DNA of 61,197 nt from Clostridia bacterium (lineage in GTDB: Bacteria; Bacillota; Clostridia; JAQVDB01), in assembly GCA_028698525.1 (NCBI GenBank), contig JAQVDB010000001.1, positions 1-61,197 on the forward strand, written 5' to 3'. The notes under the pieces are model-generated. The model worked only from the letters and a program-made list of their open reading frames with translations. It was not told where the DNA came from and did not search any database. The position numbers and the translations under genes are program-made. This document shows positions 39,381 to 49,400 of the stretch, piece after piece. The stretch's first letter is position 1. Every line of letters starts with the position of its first letter.

Positions 39381-40673
39381 TTATATAGGCATTATTATAG
39401 ATAAAGCCTGGTTGTCGTCATTAAAATGCTCGTTTAATCTTTGGTCTATTTCATCAATATCAATATCCTGCAGTACCTTCAAATAATCAAAAAAACTAAT
39501 ATCGTTCATATAATAAGAAACAAAATTATAAGCTATAAAATCTACCGAATTGAAGCTGTTCAAGAAATCCCCGAACATCTTTTTCTTTATTCTTTCAAAA
39601 TAATTATAATCTAATCCTGACTTTTTCACCTTTTTTATATGATTCAAAATTTCATTTTCTACTTTTCGGGGTTGTTTAGATTCTCCTCCAATAATTGTAT
39701 GCCCATATATTTTTTGACCAACATATTCTTTATCAAAAGTATTATTTATAAGCCCGGTCTCATACAGTTTATTATAGAGTTCAGAGCTCTTTCCTAACAA
39801 CATTTCAAGCAATATGTCGGTTGAAATTTGTCTTTTGAGAAGCTCTTTTCCTGATATCCCTAATTCTTGTTCTTTAAAACCCATGTTGAATAGGGGAACT
39901 GATACTTGCAATCTCTGCTCTATAACCTTTTTGTTTATACTGTCCGGTTCTTCAGGATAAAACCTTTTTATCTCCTGAAAAACATGTTGAGTATCGCTGA
40001 TGCTAGTCTGAAGTTGTTGCAGCAATGCTTGATAGTCCAAGTCTCCTACTACAAAAAGCACCATATTGCCCGGATTATAAAAAGTATTATAACATTTATA
40101 TAATACATCTTTATCTATTTGTGCAATGCTTTCAATAGTTCCTGCGATATCAATCTTGACGGGATGGTCTTTGTATAGCGCATTCAATAGGTTAAAATAC
40201 ACCCTCCACTCAGGGCTATCCTGATACATCCTTATTTCCTGCCCTATTATACCTTTTTCCTTTTCAACATTTTCTCGTGTAAAATATGGCCTGGAAACAA
40301 ACCCTACAAGAGTGTCTAAATTCTGATAAAAATTATCGGTACAAGAAAATAAATATGCAGTCATATTAAAGCTGGTAAAAGCATTGGCAGAGGCTCCATA
40401 TTTTGAAAAATCATCGAATACATTCCCCTGCTCTTCTTCAAACATTTTGTGTTCTAAAAAATGGGCTATGCCATCAGGAACCTTGGTAGGGTTGTTATCC
40501 CCCGGAACCACAAAATTATTATCTATAGATCCATATTGAGTTGCATATATGGCATATTTTTTTGTATAGCCCGGTTTAGGCATAAATACAAACTTAAGAC
40601 CGTTATCTAGTCGTTTGTAATAAATAGTTTCTTTGAGAATATCACTTTCAACTTGAGTAAACATCTTATTCAC
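39381..40673 (-). CDS. M16 family metallopeptidase (YmfH-like, active-site HxxEH present)
   Basis: GIAHFLEHKMFE inverted zincin motif; 430 aa. Overlaps the upstream M16 paralog by 8 nt. Confidence 0.8.
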   Translation of the reverse strand: MNKMFTQVESDILKETIYYKRLDNGLKFVFMPKPGYTKKYAIYATQYGSIDNNFVVPGDNNPTKVPDGIAHFLEHKMFEEEQGNVFDDFSKYGASANAFTSFNMTAYLFSCTDNFYQNLDTLVGFVSRPYFTRENVEKEKGIIGQEIRMYQDSPEWRVYFNLLNALYKDHPVKIDIAGTIESIAQIDKDVLYKCYNTFYNPGNMVLFVVGDLDYQALLQQLQTSISDTQHVFQEIKRFYPEEPDSINKKVIEQRLQVSVPLFNMGFKEQELGISGKELLKRQISTDILLEMLLGKSSELYNKLYETGLINNTFDKEYVGQKIYGHTIIGGESKQPRKVENEILNHIKKVKKSGLDYNYFERIKKKMFGDFLNSFNSVDFIAYNFVSYYMNDISFFDYLKVLQDIDIDEIDQRLNEHFNDDNQALSIIMPI

Positions 40674-41937
40674 CCTCCCTGCCTTTGTTTGTCAAAAAAT
40701 ATATTGTATCCTGTTTTATACTGCTTGCTACCTTCACTATTTCATTTAAGCTTATCTTTTCTATTTTCTCAATAGCATCATCTAAAGTACATTGAACATT
40801 TTTAAGATGATTGCTGAAATAATAATCTGTCAATTGAGCTGCATCATCTTTGATAGATTTATAGGAATTAATCAAAGATTTTTTAGCTGCATCTATCTCT
40901 TCAAAGGTTATATTGCCCTGTCCCATATGCTCTACTTGTTCATTTATCAATTCAAGGGCTTTTTTATAGTTATCAACCTCTATACCCGACCCTATAATCA
41001 TCAGACCTTTAAACTTTTCAATCCTAGAAAAAGTGTAGTATGCAAGACTGGCCTTCTCCCTGACATTTAAAAAAAGCTTGGAATGAGGACCTCCTCCTAA
41101 TATACTGTTATACAATACCAGTGCAGGATAGTTATTGTCTTTCAGGCTGATGTTAGTCCTGTATCCCAAACATAGCTTCCCTTGATTCACATCCAGCACT
41201 TCATTTATGTATTTAGGCTCTTGCACCAGTTTTTTCGAAATCTCGTCAGGAATGATTTTGATGCTTTTTCTTTCCACCCTTATTATCCTCTTTACAGTAT
41301 CATATACTTCAGCCGGCAATACATCTCCCACTATAAATATATAAATTGGATTTGAATCCATTAAATTACGGTAATGTTCAAATAAACTTTTAGAATCAAT
41401 GGATTTAAGTTCATCCTTGTCTCCATAAATCAATTTGCCAAATCTCTCACCTTGACACATGTTCTGAAAACATTTTTCGATTGAGTAAGCTATCTTATCA
41501 TTTATCAGTCCTGATATCTTTTGAGCTAAATTCTCCTTTTCCTGTTCTACATAACTATCATTGAAAGCTCCTTCATGAGTTAAAGGATCAGATATTATAT
41601 CCCAAATAAATTCCACTGATTTCCCGATTAAATCCTCATTATCCGGAATAAACTCAGGATGGGCTACACTCATCCCAAAATTTATTATTTGCCTTTCTCC
41701 TTTTTTTAGCAAGCCATACCTGAATCTGGCTCCATACAATTCTTCAAGATATTTCTCTATCTCAATTAAATTAGTAAATTTACGAGAGCCTCTTCTCAAT
41801 ACATATGGCAGTAAGGCAGTCTTTGTATAGTTATCATCCAATTCACTTTCGATAAAAAAATTAACCTCTACAGTTTTAAATTTCTTCTTTGGTATCACAA
41901 ACAAATTTATACCTTTCGATATCTGGTAAATATCCAT
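40666..41937 (-). CDS. M16 family peptidase-like protein (YmfF-like, no HxxEH)
   Basis: M16 fold-length protein (423 aa) lacking the zinc motif, paired with an active partner as in B. subtilis ymfF-ymfH. Confidence 0.7.
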   Translation of the reverse strand: MDIYQISKGINLFVIPKKKFKTVEVNFFIESELDDNYTKTALLPYVLRRGSRKFTNLIEIEKYLEELYGARFRYGLLKKGERQIINFGMSVAHPEFIPDNEDLIGKSVEFIWDIISDPLTHEGAFNDSYVEQEKENLAQKISGLINDKIAYSIEKCFQNMCQGERFGKLIYGDKDELKSIDSKSLFEHYRNLMDSNPIYIFIVGDVLPAEVYDTVKRIIRVERKSIKIIPDEISKKLVQEPKYINEVLDVNQGKLCLGYRTNISLKDNNYPALVLYNSILGGGPHSKLFLNVREKASLAYYTFSRIEKFKGLMIIGSGIEVDNYKKALELINEQVEHMGQGNITFEEIDAAKKSLINSYKSIKDDAAQLTDYYFSNHLKNVQCTLDDAIEKIEKISLNEIVKVASSIKQDTIYFLTNKGREGE

Positions 41938-42128
41938 TAATTTATCCTCCTTACTAAAAAACTTGTACAGCCATAATATACCAACATTCTATACTTTTAT
42001 CCTTATCTCTTCAACATTTATTAGTAATAAAATTTTTATCCCTTTAAAAATAACTATATAATCAAAGCCCGCTTATTTAAAGCTAGATTAATAAAGCGGG
42101 CCTTGATTCCAGTCATGCCTATATACTA

Positions 42129-42713
42129 TTATCTTGTTTGAGGCTTTATTCTGTCTATTATTTCATCTATTTCTTCGGTAAAACCACTTAATGGTTTGCC
42201 CTTCTCTATGTCAGAAGCCATACTCTTCAACCTGTCAAATATATCTGGATCCGCCGAAACAACTACTCTTTTTATTGCAGGATCCGCATTTTTGCATTTT
42301 GTCTCGATTCGTTCCTTAACCGTTTCAGTCATTCTGTCTCTTAATTTTGAATCCAACTCCACACCCACAATACAAGTATTTCCTGATAGTACAACACTTG
42401 CCTTTTCCACATCCTTCAATTTGGTAATCTGACTTGCTATACGCTTTGCTTTTGTGTTTGCATCATAAACATTATCATCATCTACTCTATCGTTTATCCT
42501 ATCATCGGTTATGTCTCTATCATAATAGTTGGTATCAGGACGCCGAGGTGTTGTGTCATCATAATAATATCTGGTTCTTTCAGTGGTATCAGGCGTTCGC
42601 GGTGTAGTGTCCGGAGCAGGTCTTCTAGCGTTCATACAACCAGTCATAAACGCAGATATCAAAAAAATCAATAAAAAAACATATATTATTTTTTTCTTGT
42701 TTACCAATTTCAC
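42129..42713 (-). CDS. YhcN/YlaJ family sporulation lipoprotein
   Basis: Lipobox FMTGC, Pro/Thr/Arg/Asp-rich repeat linker, then KLKDVEKASVVLSGNTCIVGVELD...ADPAIKRVVVSADPDIFDRL, typical of YlaJ/YhcN. GTG start at 42713 with RBS AGGAGG. Confidence 0.7.
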   Translation of the reverse strand: MKLVNKKKIIYVFLLIFLISAFMTGCMNARRPAPDTTPRTPDTTERTRYYYDDTTPRRPDTNYYDRDITDDRINDRVDDDNVYDANTKAKRIASQITKLKDVEKASVVLSGNTCIVGVELDSKLRDRMTETVKERIETKCKNADPAIKRVVVSADPDIFDRLKSMASDIEKGKPLSGFTEEIDEIIDRIKPQTR

Positions 42714-42887
42714 ATCGCCTCCTAATATTATTCTTATCAATAGTTTAGTTTTTATGAAATGTAAATTAGGGAATACTGATTAATTTTTTCATAATCATCG
42801 TTATATATTCTTTTCATTTCTTTACAAAATTATTATCTGTGAATATTTTTAACGTCTTTATCAACAATAAATATTGGAGGTGTATAT

Positions 42888-43361
42888 ATGAACATTTCAT
42901 TGAATGATAAACAAATAAATGTGCTCAAAGAACAAAAAGAACATGAACAAATTTGCATTCAGAAATATTTAAACTATGCAAATCAAACACAAAATCAAGA
43001 ATTAAAAGACCTTTTTAACTCATATGCTTCACAGGAACAAAATCACTATGATACCATAAACCAAATTTTAAACGGCGATTTCCAGGGAATGCCAAACAGC
43101 AGTCAACAGCAACAACCTCAACCGATACAGAATAATAACTCATCGCTGCAGTCAGCCATGAGTGGGGTAAACGATGCAGAATTATGCAAGGACATGCTCA
43201 TGACGGAGAAGTTTGTATCCGGAACCTATAACGATGCTGTTTTTGATTTTACAAACACCAATATAGCTCAGGCTCTTCAACACATACAAAAAGAGGAACA
43301 ACAACACGGGGAAGGAATAGCAAATTTTATGGCAAATAACGGCATGGCTCAACCAGAATAA
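42888..43361 (+). CDS. spore coat protein, CotF-like (Coat_F domain) with Gln-rich linker
   Basis: LKEQKEHEQICIQKYLNYANQ...LFNSYASQEQNHYDTI and a second helical repeat, LCKDMLMTEKFVSGTYNDAVF...ALQHIQKEEQQH. RBS GGAGGTG. Confidence 0.65.
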   Translation: MNISLNDKQINVLKEQKEHEQICIQKYLNYANQTQNQELKDLFNSYASQEQNHYDTINQILNGDFQGMPNSSQQQQPQPIQNNNSSLQSAMSGVNDAELCKDMLMTEKFVSGTYNDAVFDFTNTNIAQALQHIQKEEQQHGEGIANFMANNGMAQPE

Positions 43362-43398
43362 AATAAGGGGATATTTTAAATCCCCTTATTTTATTTTT
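43362..43398. terminator. bidirectional terminator between the cotF-like gene and the giant glucan synthase gene
   Basis: Stem AATAAGGGGA/TCCCCTTATT with T-runs on both strands. Confidence 0.75.
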
Positions 43399-43453
43399 AG
43401 AAATATGGGACAATGGTCTAATCCTTTTACTACTAAATATATAGAGCATCTTG

Positions 43454-46400
43454 TCATTCCCTATTGCCATCATCACCCATTATTACTTTTACATGGTGTT
43501 CTTTTCCATCATCATACAGATTTATAGTATTGTCCGGTTGAGGCTGTCCATCTATATACATTTCCTTGATACCTCTACATACGCCTTGGTCATTTGTTAC
43601 ATGTATATTATATACAGAATTTTTATACCTGTATTTGATATCATATTCTTTCCAATGCTTGGGAATGCAGGGATCAATAATCATCGCATTTCCTCGCTTT
43701 TTAAGCCCTGCTATCCACTCAACTCCTGCACGATACATCCAGCTGGCTGAACCCGTATACCATGTCCACCCTCCCCTGCCTTGCTGCTGTTCTGTGGCAT
43801 ACACATCGGCTGCCATCACGTAAGGCTCCACCTTATACCTGGAGTGTTCAATAATCGTCCTTGAATGATTAATAGGATTCAACATATTATAAAGCTCCCC
43901 TGCCTTATCACCGTCACCTAAATGGGCATATGCTAACACAGTCCACACTGCTCCATGAGTATATTGTCCACCATTTTCTCTTACACCTGGGACATAGCCT
44001 TTGATATATCCCGGTTCTAGGGGTGAAGTATCAAAGGGAGGTGTAAATAGCAATATCATACCGTTTTCCTTTTTAATAAGATAGTGTTCCACAGCTCTCA
44101 TGGCTTCTCTGGTGCGGGACGGTTTAGCAGCATCAGACATAACTGCCCAAGACTGTACTATACCGTCAATTTTACATTCAGAATTTTCTTCCGAACCTAG
44201 GGGAGTACCATCATCAAAATATGCCCTCCTATACCAACCGCCATCCCAAGCTTTTTCCTCTATATTCTGGATGAGTTTTTGAGCAATATCCTGATACCTT
44301 TGAGCTCTTTCCACATCGCCTTTTTTAACACATAACCGGCTAAAATCCCTTAAAGTAATATACAAAAACCATCCTAGCCATACACTTTCACCCAATCCGT
44401 TTACCCCAACATTATTCATACCGTCATTCCAGTCACCTGATCCTATCAGGGGCAAACCGTGTGGGCCTACCTCCAAAGATCTCTCTATAGCTTTTATGCA
44501 ATGCTGATAGATAGAGCCTTTTTGTTCAGAAATAAAAGGTATTGTGTATATTTCACTTTGTTCAGGTTCTAATGGCTCACATTCCAAATATGGTGCCTGT
44601 TCATCCAGGATGCTATAATCTCCACTGGTATCTATATAATCCACAACAACGAAGGGCAACCATAGCAAATCATCAGATATTTTTGTCCGCACACCTTTGT
44701 TCTGTTCAGAATGCCACCAATGCTGCACATCTCCTTCTATGAACTGATGTGCTGCACACATCAGTATATGTTCTCTTATTGCATCAGGTGATGCATAGAT
44801 TAGAGACATCACATCTTGTAACTGATCTCTAAAACCATAAGCTCCACCGGATTGATAAAAAGCAGATCTTGTCCACAGCCTACAGGATATAACTTGGTAC
44901 AGCAACCAATTATTTATTAATATATTCATACTCTCATCCGGTGTGTTGATATGCACCTTTGACAAATAATCGCTCCACTTTTGCCTTATTTTTGACAGCT
45001 CCTCCGCTGAATTGGATGCATTATAATGCTTGACTAATCTCCTGATCTGTTCTTTGTCTTTTGCTTCACCTAGTAAAAATATTACTTCCTTAACTTCTCC
45101 CGGTTTCAAGTCTACCTTTGTCTGTAATGCAGCACATGGATCGTAGCCTGGACCACATCTCCCTGAAAGCCTTATTCTAGACATAGCAGATGGATTTCTA
45201 ATGTTTCTATTTCTTCCAATAAATTCGCTTCTATCGCCTGTATAACTTATCTCTCCTCCATGTTGCACATTCAAAAAGGAGATTTTATCCTTAAAATCTT
45301 CGTTATAACGATTGGTCACCATCAAAACTTTATAATCATTATCAAACTCTGTTGTAATAAACTGAGGATTATCGGATCTATTAACACCCATCACCAGTTC
45401 AGCGTAATATGTCAATGAAATACTTCTTGTTTCACCGGATATATTGCTCATTTTAATTGAACAAATCTTTACAGGATCATTTTCTGCCACAAACACAGTC
45501 TTTTCATGGCTAATTCCGTAACATGTATGCTTATATACGGTATATCCTTGTCCATGTCTTATAGTATATTGTTCTTTATCCCTTATAGGTAAAGGCGTTA
45601 CAGTCCATACTTGACCGGTATCTTCATCTCTTATATAGACCACCTCGCCTGCCTGGTCAGATACAGGATCGTTATTCCAGGGTGTTATCCTGTTTTGTCT
45701 ACTATTATCGGCCCAAGTATATCCAAGTCCTGATTCCGTTACAACGCAGCCGAATGAAGGATTGGATATTACATTACTCCATGGTGAAGGAGTGTTTTTA
45801 TCCTTTTCCAGTATTATAACATATTCCTTTCCATCCTCGCTAAAGCCTCCCAGGCCATTATAATATACAAGCTTTGGTCTATCTATTACAGTAACATTAT
45901 ATGCTCTCTTTTCCTTTTTAGGCTTTAATTTTTCCGGTAATTTCTTATCCAACATCTTTGATTTAAGGTGCTGTGTTAATGTTGCTGCATCAGCTGAATA
46001 AACTACACGAGCAATAGAAAGCAAAAGGTTTAAATCTTCTTTTTCAATATGCTCAATTTGTCTTAAAAACACCCCTCCATCCTTATCTAAAAGTTCACGT
46101 GCATGAGATGTATTCAAGATATCCATCAGTCTCTCCTGCACAGGTTGTTCATAGCTGCTACCATGCTCATTTAAAATAACAAGATCATACTTCAATCCTT
46201 TCATCCTCAAATATTCATGGGCTAATAAAAACTTTTTGACCATAGTTATATCTTCTGTACTGCTCACCCTTATAACCATTATGGGCAAATCCCCGGATAT
46301 ACCATAAGCCCATAGCGCTGGTTGTGCTTTTATATTTTTCTTGATATATTCAGCCCTTGCTCGTATCTCCGGTGTCATATACATAATCCTGGCTCCCAGC

Positions 46401-49400
46401 CTCTGATAACTGCTGGCCTGATTTGAAGAGATCCCTAAATAATGCATCTCTATCTGGCTTCTGGTCCATGCCATCTCGAAACTCCTCTGCACTGCTGCAG
46501 GATTTTTATAGTTCCTTATAGTTTCAATTACTTTTCCTTTTTTTTCTTCAACTGCTGTGATAAAGGATATTTTTGCTGTTCCTCCTGATTCAATCTTCAA
46601 CCTTTGCCTCATGCTCATTACAGGATCTACCACAACACCTGCTGTATTGGAGAGTGGACGTTCCGGTTCCATGGATATAGGGTTTTCAAGAGTTCTTCCT
46701 CTACCTATAAATTTCTCTCTATCTGTCTCATATGAAACATCCCCTATTCCACTCCCATCAAGAACTAGAGTATGAGCAAGCCACACACTTTCCTCGGCAT
46801 CTGATTTAGGTCTTCTGTTTGCTAAAAGAATTTCACCCTCCTGCATGTATTCTGTCTTTACAAAAAGTTTGTTAAATGCCGGATGCGCATTGTCTGCATC
46901 AAAAGTAGACAACACAACCTCAAAATAACTGGTAACATCAAACACCCTGCTGTATTCGCTGTGATTTGTCAGGGTCACTCTTCTTATTTCAACATTACTC
47001 TGAGGACAGACTATTATCTCTGTCTTTGTATCAATATTTCCATCCTTCCTAAAAAACTCAACCTTATCTGAATAAAAATTCACCCTATATCTCTCGGGCT
47101 TATATCCGAAGGGTTGAACAGTTGCAGACCATACCGAATTAGAGTTTAAATTTTGTATATATATAAATGAACCCCAATTATCCCGGGTACTATCTTCTCT
47201 CCATCTGCTTACAGCAGTATCTTGATAGGCACTAAATCCTGCACCACTGTTGGTAATCATCGTCATATATTTTCCATTTGACAATATATGGGCTTCCGGA
47301 AAAATAGTATATGGTGTCTTGAATCTCCTATTAACCCATACATCTTCTTGATGTATCTTTTCAATATCAATGCTGTCTTCCTGGTATTGTTTGGTAAACG
47401 TATCAATATCCGGTATCTTTTCTTGTAATAACAACTCTTGGGCTTTTATCATAGGTTCTGAATGAAATCTGTTTTGCGTTGTATTGGAGTTAAAATAATT
47501 ATTCAATGCCAAAAAAATCATCCCGTGATGATGCACCATATAGCTTTTTACAATCTCTTTATCTCGTCCCTTTCGTATTCTTTCCTTGGTGTAATCAATG
47601 GCCTCATATAGCCCATATTCCCCCTCCATACCCTGTTCAATCAATAATTTTAAATTTTCACATGCCATAGGGGCATTCACCATCAGGGCTAATACTGTAG
47701 CATATGGAGTGATAACCAGATCATCTATCAATCCATGCTTAAAACCCAGTTTCGGTATTCCAAATGCTCTATACTGATAATTCATATACATATCGAATGC
47801 ATAAAAAGCCGATTCAGATATCCCCCAGGGAACCTTCCTAGCACTTGAATACTTTTTTTGAAAAAACACTGTAGAATTATAGGTTTCATCCAGTAGAGTA
47901 TATTTATAATTTTTCATAACAAGCAATGGCATCAGATATTCGAACATTGTCCCGCTCCAGGAAACCAATGCCTTATGTTTTCCGGATTTAGTGATAGGAC
48001 GATTTAATCTAAACCAATGCTTAAGAGATATATCTCCTTTAGCAATAGCAATATAACTGGCTTGTCTTGCTTCTGATGCTAAAAGATCATAATATGAATC
48101 GGTCAATTGTTCGTTTTCAAGGTTATAGCCTATAGAAAAAAGCTGCCTTTCCCCATTATATAGACTCCTAAAGTCTGTGCTTTCAACTATCGCCTCTATC
48201 TTACCAATTATAGCATTCATATGCTGTCTTATGCGCTTTGCCCGTCCTAAAGACAGTTTTAATCCATCTTTAAACGGAACTAAATCTTTTTTTTGTTCTT
48301 CATATTCTTCTATTTTCTGTATAGCACACTCTAGATCCTCTGATATTATATTTAAGGATGTTTGCTTGCTTAAATCTTCCAGTATGGCTTTGGCTTCAAT
48401 CAATTCCATTGGCAGCTGCTCAATTTCATTTATCCAATTAAAAAATAAATCTATCTCTTGTTTTATAGCATCTATAGATTCTAAAATCTTATCTTTCCAT
48501 ATCTGGCTATTGCCCTGTACATCGATTGTTCTATAATGATGGTCTAGATCTTCTAAATATTGATACCAATCACCGATACTCTTACCTTCTCTTTTTAAAA
48601 AATCCCAACTTATTGTGTGGTCAAATGATTGATCATCGGATTGGTGCGCCAAAATCATTTCAGCATCTTGAATTCCTTTTATCAATGAATCGTCCAACAA
48701 TGGTTTATCCATATATTCCTTAAGGGCATTTTTTAGTACAATCAGATAGCCTACCAAATTGCCACTATCCACTGTAGATATATAAAACGGCCTCATAGGC
48801 TCTATACTGACAGTGTCATACCAATTATAAAAATGTCCTCTCCATCTCTTAAGTTTGCCCAAGGTATTAAAAGTATTTTCAAGCAATTCCACCATTTTAG
48901 TAGTATTGATATATCCCATATCTCTGGCACTTAATATAGATGTAAGCCATAAACCTATATTGGTAGGAGAAGTCCTGTGTGCTACTCCTACATTAGGATA
49001 TTCCTGATAATTATCGGGAGGAAGCCAATTATCTTGCTCTCCCACAAAGTCTTCAAAATATCTCCATGTTTTTCTGCTCAGCCTTCTGACAAGCTCCACT
49101 TCTTCCTTATTAAGTTGTCTAACCTCTTGCTCCTTTAACGGTTGACTGATCCAATAAGCTATGTAGGGCGAAACTGCCCACAACACCGATATAGGTAATG
49201 CAACTTGAAATTTATGCCCTCCTGAAAAATAAGCTAGAACTAAAAATATTGCATTTATAATTTGAGCAGGCCACATTTTGTATATAAAGGATGGCAAGTC
49301 ATTTTTGAGTTTTCTCTCTGCATCAGCTGCAGTCTGCCATTCAAGCATATTCTTTTTTGTAAAATACAATCTTCCGATTGTTCTAATTATTGCATCCACC

